Shown piece after piece: positions 57,583 through 64,000 of a stretch of 64,000 nt of DNA. The first letter of the stretch is position 1, and every line of letters starts with the position of its first letter. This DNA comes from the human T2T-CHM13v2.0 reference genome, Homo sapiens. The position numbers and the translations under genes were made by a program. The stretch is taken from NCBI RefSeq assembly GCF_009914755.1, contig NC_060930.1; one strand, 5' to 3'. A model generated the notes under the pieces. The model ran no database searches. It was given only the letters and a program-made list of their open reading frames with translations, and was not told the DNA's origin.

Positions 57583-59547
57583 GCTGTCCTACATGCAAGT
57601 TTTGCCAATTTATTCCCATCATTTCACCACACTCTTGAAAGTGTAAAGTATTATTGTTTTTAAAATGTTCACCAGTTCTATAAGCAAAAATACTACATTA
57701 TCATTTCCATTTTCACCAAACTTTGTTTCATATATTTATGCTCATAGTTTTTAAGCCTATAGGAAAAGTAGGGGAAGAAGACAAGCAGAAATCCATGGGA
57801 CTGCTTTTTTTAAATTTACCTTTACATTCTAGAAAGGTCACTGCTTGAGAGGAAAAATGAAATGTTTTATTGCTATGCCATTTTAAAAATATTCACTTCT
57901 TAGACTTCTTATAATCTATTAAAGGATAAATTAATTCTGTACTGTTTTTACCAGTTGGGTCTAATTTGTAATAATCTATGTTTCAAATTTCAACTCCTCA
58001 ACTTTAATAATTTATTTAGACAGCCCTATGAGCTATGTCATTTTGCCCAAAATAACACACCCTAAACCATGCGATCAGATAATAAGTTAAGAAATTAGTA
58101 TGCACTAATACACTGAAAATAGACATTCCGAGTCTGAAAAGCATTTGACCTAACAAAGGAGTGATATATTCATATATTCCATCATGACATTATGCGGTTT
58201 TCTTTCAAGCCTGAGTAATGATTACTTCATTTAACAGTTAGCAGTCAGCCTCTCCTACCACAGGCAGGTCCTAGTACACTCTCCTTATTGGCCAGGGAGA
58301 GAGTGATGGATGACAGCAGCTGCTGTCCTCAGTCAGTCGTGGGCTCTACCTTCAGTCTAAAAAATCATTGACTGAAATGTATCAGAGACCACTCAGCTGT
58401 TCAGTAAAGAGCCCACATGTAGGGCTGGCATCTTGTGTACCTACATATGAACTGAATCTATGTCCATTTTATAGAATAAACAGTGTCCAGTCCCATCCTC
58501 ACCTCCCCACAAGCCATAAACCTAAAGCACAAACTAGGTCCTAGTGCTGCATGGATTTGTATGCAAACTTGTAATTTGTAGGCCAGCCCTGGTTCCTGGA
58601 TGAAATTATTTTGCTGGCTAGGAAAAGCTAGGCAAAATGGTAAGGGTTCAACTAGGCATCCTGTAGCCAGGTCAGTAATGTGAATAGTGTTGTACAAACT
58701 GGTGTTTACAACACTTGCCAGGTGTGTCTTAGAAACACTGCATTCACTGAATCTGTGAAATAGAGTGTGAGTAATAAAGAAGTGGGACAGGAAAGAGGTA
58801 ATATCCCATTGGTGCTGGGACCTCTTAGAGTCTCTGGAATGGGGAGATGAGTAAATTTTACACAGCTGCTTCTCTGAGAGTGCAGATTTTGGGGGGCGTA
58901 TTTAACCTCAAGTTTTGATTTGATGACTATGTGTATACCGGCATATTTTCCTGGATTTGGGATCCATGTTGACCCTAGGGCACCTTCACTGAGCAGCTGA
59001 CTGGTCTCCGGTGAGTATCAATAATCTCCAGAGGCTGAGCAAAGGAGCTGGGCTGACAGCAGCATCTGCCGTTCATCCATCATCTCTTTTGGCCAATAGA
59101 AATAAGGCATGGCTGGTGTGGCCTGGGAAGGCCCTCACTCTCCCTCTTCAGTGGCTGTGCCAGATGAAGAAGTCATTACTATTCAGGGCAGGAAAAGAAA
59201 CGGAGGATGTCTGGAGGGAATAAAAGAATGAGAGAACAGGATACAGTCTGCCAATTGGTCACCGAGACACATTACATCCTCTGGGCACTTTTTCCAGATG
59301 CCTTGCATTTTTCAGTGTGCAGCCACTTTCCCAATCCCTTCACTAGGGGAGTTCAAGGTTTCAACATCCTTGCACAATGCAGTCTTTGGGAGAGTGATAG
59401 GGATGTCCTCAGAGAAGGAAAGCGATGTGGCAGCCTTGGAAGAAATTCAGTTTCCTCATTTTCTTGAGATTAATGCTGAATTCCCAGTGAGAAGCATTGG
59501 CCCTGAGGAGCCCCAAAATGTCATTTAAAGAAAGAGAAAAATTATGA

Positions 59548-59876
<329 letters not shown>

Positions 59877-59999
59877 TCAATGCTTCTTAAAATGCTGTCA
59901 ACCTTACTGCGATTCTCTCTGCACTCAGGATGTGTGAGTGTCTTTCAGGGTTGCTCCTTACCACTATTTTCATAGTCTTATCTCTCAAAAGCCTGTGGT

Positions 60000-60250
60000 T
60001 ATTAATAGTGATAATGATACTAACAATATCTTCCTTCTAAACAATGCACAACATTTACACAGCATTTTCCACATTCACAACTACATCTGAAACGCTAGGA
60101 AATAAGAATAATATGCGGTGGCATCCCCATTTTAGAGATGAAAACACAGAATCTCAATGAAAAAGAGATCCCAGGTAGCAGAGCTGAAAAGAAGGCCAAG
60201 GTGAAACTTGTCCTGAGATGTTATGTTTCCAAGTCCAGGGCTCTTTCTAC
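60000..60250 (-). mobile_element. MIR
   Basis: ATCCCCATTTTAGAGATGAAAACACAGA core; CCAAGTCCAGGGCTCTTTCTAC end. Confidence 0.7.
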
Positions 60251-61769
60251 ATTCATGGCTGATATTCATCCCAGTCCATAACTCAAGTGACACCAGTCAA
60301 CTGTGATCCAGAACTGGGGTCAAGGTGAAATACATAGAACGGGAGAAGTTCGTCTGGAGTGTCATGCCATCATTTCCATGAAGGAAGTCACATCCATGTG
60401 CATGTTGTGTGTGGAATAAAATTATAATTATAATTATAATCTTTCTACTCACCAGCTCACTGACTACTGAAATGGAGTATCTGGAAAATCTCAGTCCTTT
60501 TATGAACAACATCCCTCTCATTTGAGATTTGGTGTGCTTTTCTCAAATCCTTCAGAACTTGATTTATGCTGAGAAGATATGAGCTTCTCAGAGCTCTGTG
60601 CTTGGTCACACACGTGTGTGTGTGTGTGCATTTGTGTGTGTGTTTAAAAAGCAATAGAATTCACTTTACTAGACCATAGAGAACAAATAGTAGAATTAAT
60701 GGAGAAAAACATTTAAACAACATTTAAATACGGCAAAGCAGAAAGAGCAAAAAGCCATCTGTCCTCAAACTATTGCCAACTTCCAATAAATGCCATCTTT
60801 TCACTTTCCCTCCCTCAGGAGCCATACGTTTAAGTGACCCTTTTTAAAAACCTTTTTCTCTTTGTATAAAAATGGAATATCTGACAACAAAACATTTTCC
60901 CCACTCTCTCAAAAATATGCAAGAAAAAAGGACTCCATTGCTAGCTTAAACCAAATAAAGTAAAAAGACATGACTAAACAGTATCTCATTATTTTGAGGA
61001 TAATCTTTTTGCTGTTTTTACTTTCCACACCAATTAAGAGCTTTGGAGTAGACACTGAAGCTTGGACAGAGTTTTGCAGGCACTCAGAGTAACTCCTAGT
61101 GAACTTTAATTCATAAACCCTAGAGTGCATGACATGCCATAAAAACCAACTCACAAAGCACACTAGTTAAGAAAGAACAATAATAATTCTTGATCTTTTT
61201 TAGATTAACTGTCATAAAATTAGGTATATTGAATGAGACCATTAAGAATGCATAAAATGGAAATTCCACTAAGATCCTAATTATTCTCCCTATGAGAAGC
61301 GCAGTGGAAGCTTTGGCTCTTTCCCTAACTTGGTCCTTTCTTCCATCCTCAAATACATTTTCCTCTCAAGTGACAGGAATTGAAACAAGAAACAGAAAGG
61401 AGTAGAAAAAAAAAATAGAAATAAATAAAATACCATAGTCCTGAAGCAGACAGTCACCTGCTACAAGCAAAAATAAACCATAAAATATATTAAACCAATT
61501 GCATCATTTAGTCTCTTATTCAGGAGCAAGCAGGAGAATATATTTCTAATTTATTCCTTGACATATAATCCAAGATTGTCTTCATGCTTGATTCTTGAAT
61601 AGGATTAAGTACAAGTCATACAGTAATGTCTGATCAATATCATCTGAATAGCTCATAGTAAAAAGAAAAGAAAAAGAATTCTAGCATTCAATATGCCCTT
61701 AATACAAATCACAATGGGACTATAAAAGTAAGAAAGCAATTCACAATATGAGATCATTTGCACATAAGG

Positions 61770-61953
61770 CAGTGGTTCGCAAACTTTATCATGCATCAGA
61801 AATACCTACAGGAATTATGAAAAGATTGCTGGGCCCACCTCCAGAGCTTCTGATTCAGTAGGTCTAGGATGGGGCCTAAGAATTTGCATTTCCAATAAGT
61901 TTTCAGATTATGTGAAAGCGGCTGGTATGGGGACTGCTCTTTGAGAATGACTG
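61770..61953 (-). mobile_element. MER5A hAT-Charlie MITE
   Basis: CAGTGGTTCGCAAA...CTGATTCAGTAGGTCTAGGATGGGGCC...TTTGAGAATGACTG TIRs. Confidence 0.9.
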
Positions 61954-62059
61954 CTGTACAGAAGTTAAGATAATAGAAAATAATAAAGGGCCTTTGGCCT
62001 AGACCAAAGAAATTCATTAATGAGCTAAAGAATGCAGTTTCTGAATAGAGAGCACTTTC

Positions 62060-62390
62060 CCTCAACAAATATTTAAGTGCCCACTGTAGGCTAGTAACTG
62101 TTCTAGATACTAGGCTAGTAACTGTTCTAGATACTAGAGATACCGTTGGGAACAAAACAGGCAGAGTCCTGTCCTCGTGCAGCTTAAGGTCTAGTGGGGA
62201 AGACGTGACATGCAAGTAGTCACAAGTGCTAGAGGTAGAAATCATGGGGCCAGGGTGCTGTTAGATCTTGTGTCCAGTAAGAACCTCTTTGAGGAGCCCT
62301 TTGCACAAAGGCTTGAGTTAAGTGAGAGAGTGAGTTGTGATAAGGAAAACTTTAAGAGTGTTCCAAGCAGAGAAATAACAACATTCAAAG
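62060..62390 (-). mobile_element. L2 3' fragment
   Basis: CTCAACAAATATTTAAGTGCCCACTG start. Confidence 0.7.
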
Positions 62391-62419
62391 ACAACGTGTT
62401 TTGCTATTGCTGTGATATG

Positions 62420-64000
62420 ATTCACAGCCAACCTTCAAGATCAGCTTTAGCCAATGAAGCTATTTTTTTACAGGAAATTTATGTTCTCAATTGAAAGAAC
62501 ACAGAATATCACTTGCACATATTAAAAAGCATACATGCAATTTCTGGCACTGAAAAAAAAATCGAATAAGCAGCCAAACAATGGATTCAACAAAGAAATT
62601 AAATGTCAATATAGAATATTAGCGTAAACTGGGTGTGGTGGCTCATGCCTTTAATCCCAATGCTTTAGGAGGTCAAGGCAGGAGGATCATGTGAGCAAAG
62701 GAGGCGGAGGCTGCAGTAAACCATGATTGCACCACTGTACTCCAGCCTGGGTGACAGAGCAAGACCCTGGGGGTATTTTTTTCCTCGGGGGCGGGGGGGG
62801 GGGGGGGGGCGGGAAATAGGAAGAGAAAGAAAAAAGACTATTAGTGTAATGTTATTGAAAGAATATTATGTAAATATTGTTAAAACAAATGTCAGAACTG
62901 TGGGTATAATATATACAGAAAACAGTGGAATATATCTAGATTTAATAGAAAGGATTTCAAAATGCAGTGGTAGAATGGCCAAACATTTAAGGTAGATGAA
63001 AGATGGTCATCATAAAGCAAATGATCACTGTCTAGTGTGGAGAATTCAAAATGGGATTATTAGTTTAATGAGCACAAAAATGAAAGAAAATTTTCATAGA
63101 TATAATTTGAAAAAGTAATTGTTATTCATTTCAACTGGCCTGTACCAGGGATAAAAGTCATGTTGAAAATTCACATTGATTTCATGTACTTTTAAGCTAC
63201 TAGAGAAGAAAACAAGAATATCACAATTAATTAGTATTTCCTTGGTTCTGAATTATGTGAAGAATGAGAAAATAAATTTAGGGATCAATTTTTAAAGTTT
63301 TAAAGGGGAAGCCTAAGATAATGACACTAACGTTGCTGGTGAAGAAAAACGTGTAGAAACCAGAATCTTAGCTGAAAACCAGAAAACATTCTTTCCGCCA
63401 GGTACAATGCATACTTTGAATTTGTTACTAGGAGACATAAACTCTACTGTGAAGATAATAAATCTGGGGAATAATTTTAACAACTACGTACAATATTTTC
63501 TGGATCTGCTCAAAGATAGAACATCTTGATTAAAAGAATGTGACTTTTAAACCACTCTCAAACACATGACAGGAATTTTGACAAAATGTTGTTAAAGCAA
63601 TTAAACTTAATTTAGCCGAGATATGAGATGCACAAGGAGAGGTAAGCCAAACCACAGAAGATCCACAAAGAGTGAGTCATGGACATTGACAGGAAATGAA
63701 CTAATTTTGAATTTGTGATAGCCACAGCTATTGGTATGAACTGTTGCTTGCTATTAATAATATTAGAAAATTTATCTTAAAAAAGATATAACTTTAGTAG
63801 TTCCACTTTTTAATAAATTTAATTTTTTAATTTAAAGACAAATGTTAAATTTAAAAATATAAAATACGTTCCAAAAGTAACATTCCAGTAAACTACAAGG
63901 AAGTTCAAACATGGGGGAAATCTACGTGACTGTGAAATTGATGATTCGCATGTGAATAATTCTGAAATAAACTTCTATTTGTACTATTTTCTGGCCAATA
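62420..64000 (+). mobile_element. hAT-Tip100 (Zaphod-like) transposase fossil, running off the window edge
   Basis: Manual translation gives NSGIYLDLIERISK..MAKHLR (~62920-62992), KGEA*DNDTNVAGEEKRVETRILAENQKTFFPPGTMHTLNLLLGD (63302-63436) and VTFKPLSNT*QE; these match hAT GQxYDNxxNMxG...CxxHxLNL and LSxTRW motifs. Confidence 0.8.
62628..62834 (+). mobile_element. Monomer-length Alu (FRAM-like or arm-fused) with a poly-G tract before the tail
   Basis: TSD AGAATATTAGCGTAA 62613-62627 / AGACTATTAGTGTAA 62835-62849. Confidence 0.85.

Noticed and set aside
60607-60642. CACACACGTGTGTG palindrome / Z-DNA tract
   Set aside because: A short ordinary CA/TG microsatellite junction with no further support.

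Overview
This is primate (almost certainly human or hominoid) nuclear DNA, intergenic or deep intronic, and dominated by transposable elements. I found no host protein-coding exon, RNA gene or CRISPR array. The main elements are: a 5'-truncated L1PA7 (1236-6881, +); a full-length but dead L1PA2 with an intact antisense ORF0 (7691-13700, +); a full-length ancient L1MA2/3 with preserved TSDs (34027-42322, -); a truncated MER4-group ERV1 provirus with a tRNA-Ser PBS (44188-47827, -); a nested HERV16/ERV-L provirus (48600-54413, -); an MSTB provirus (55348-57582, -); two hAT-Tip100 fossils; a MADE1 hairpin; and about 10 Alus. I do not see a new protein-coding system. The most unusual signal is a set of locally templated rearrangements that repeat annotation alone does not explain. 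A 131-bp copy of sequence 1.1 kb downstream sits in the linker of an Alu (18076-18206). A 201-bp inverted copy of ERV gag plus an Alu 5' junction sits 650 bp from its source (44999-45199). A ~50-bp inverted patch fills a deletion junction in the MST internal region (57100-57149). Part of the HERV16 5' LTR is inverted (53926-54261). Subfamily names come from recalled consensus diagnostics and should be confirmed with RepeatMasker/Dfam.
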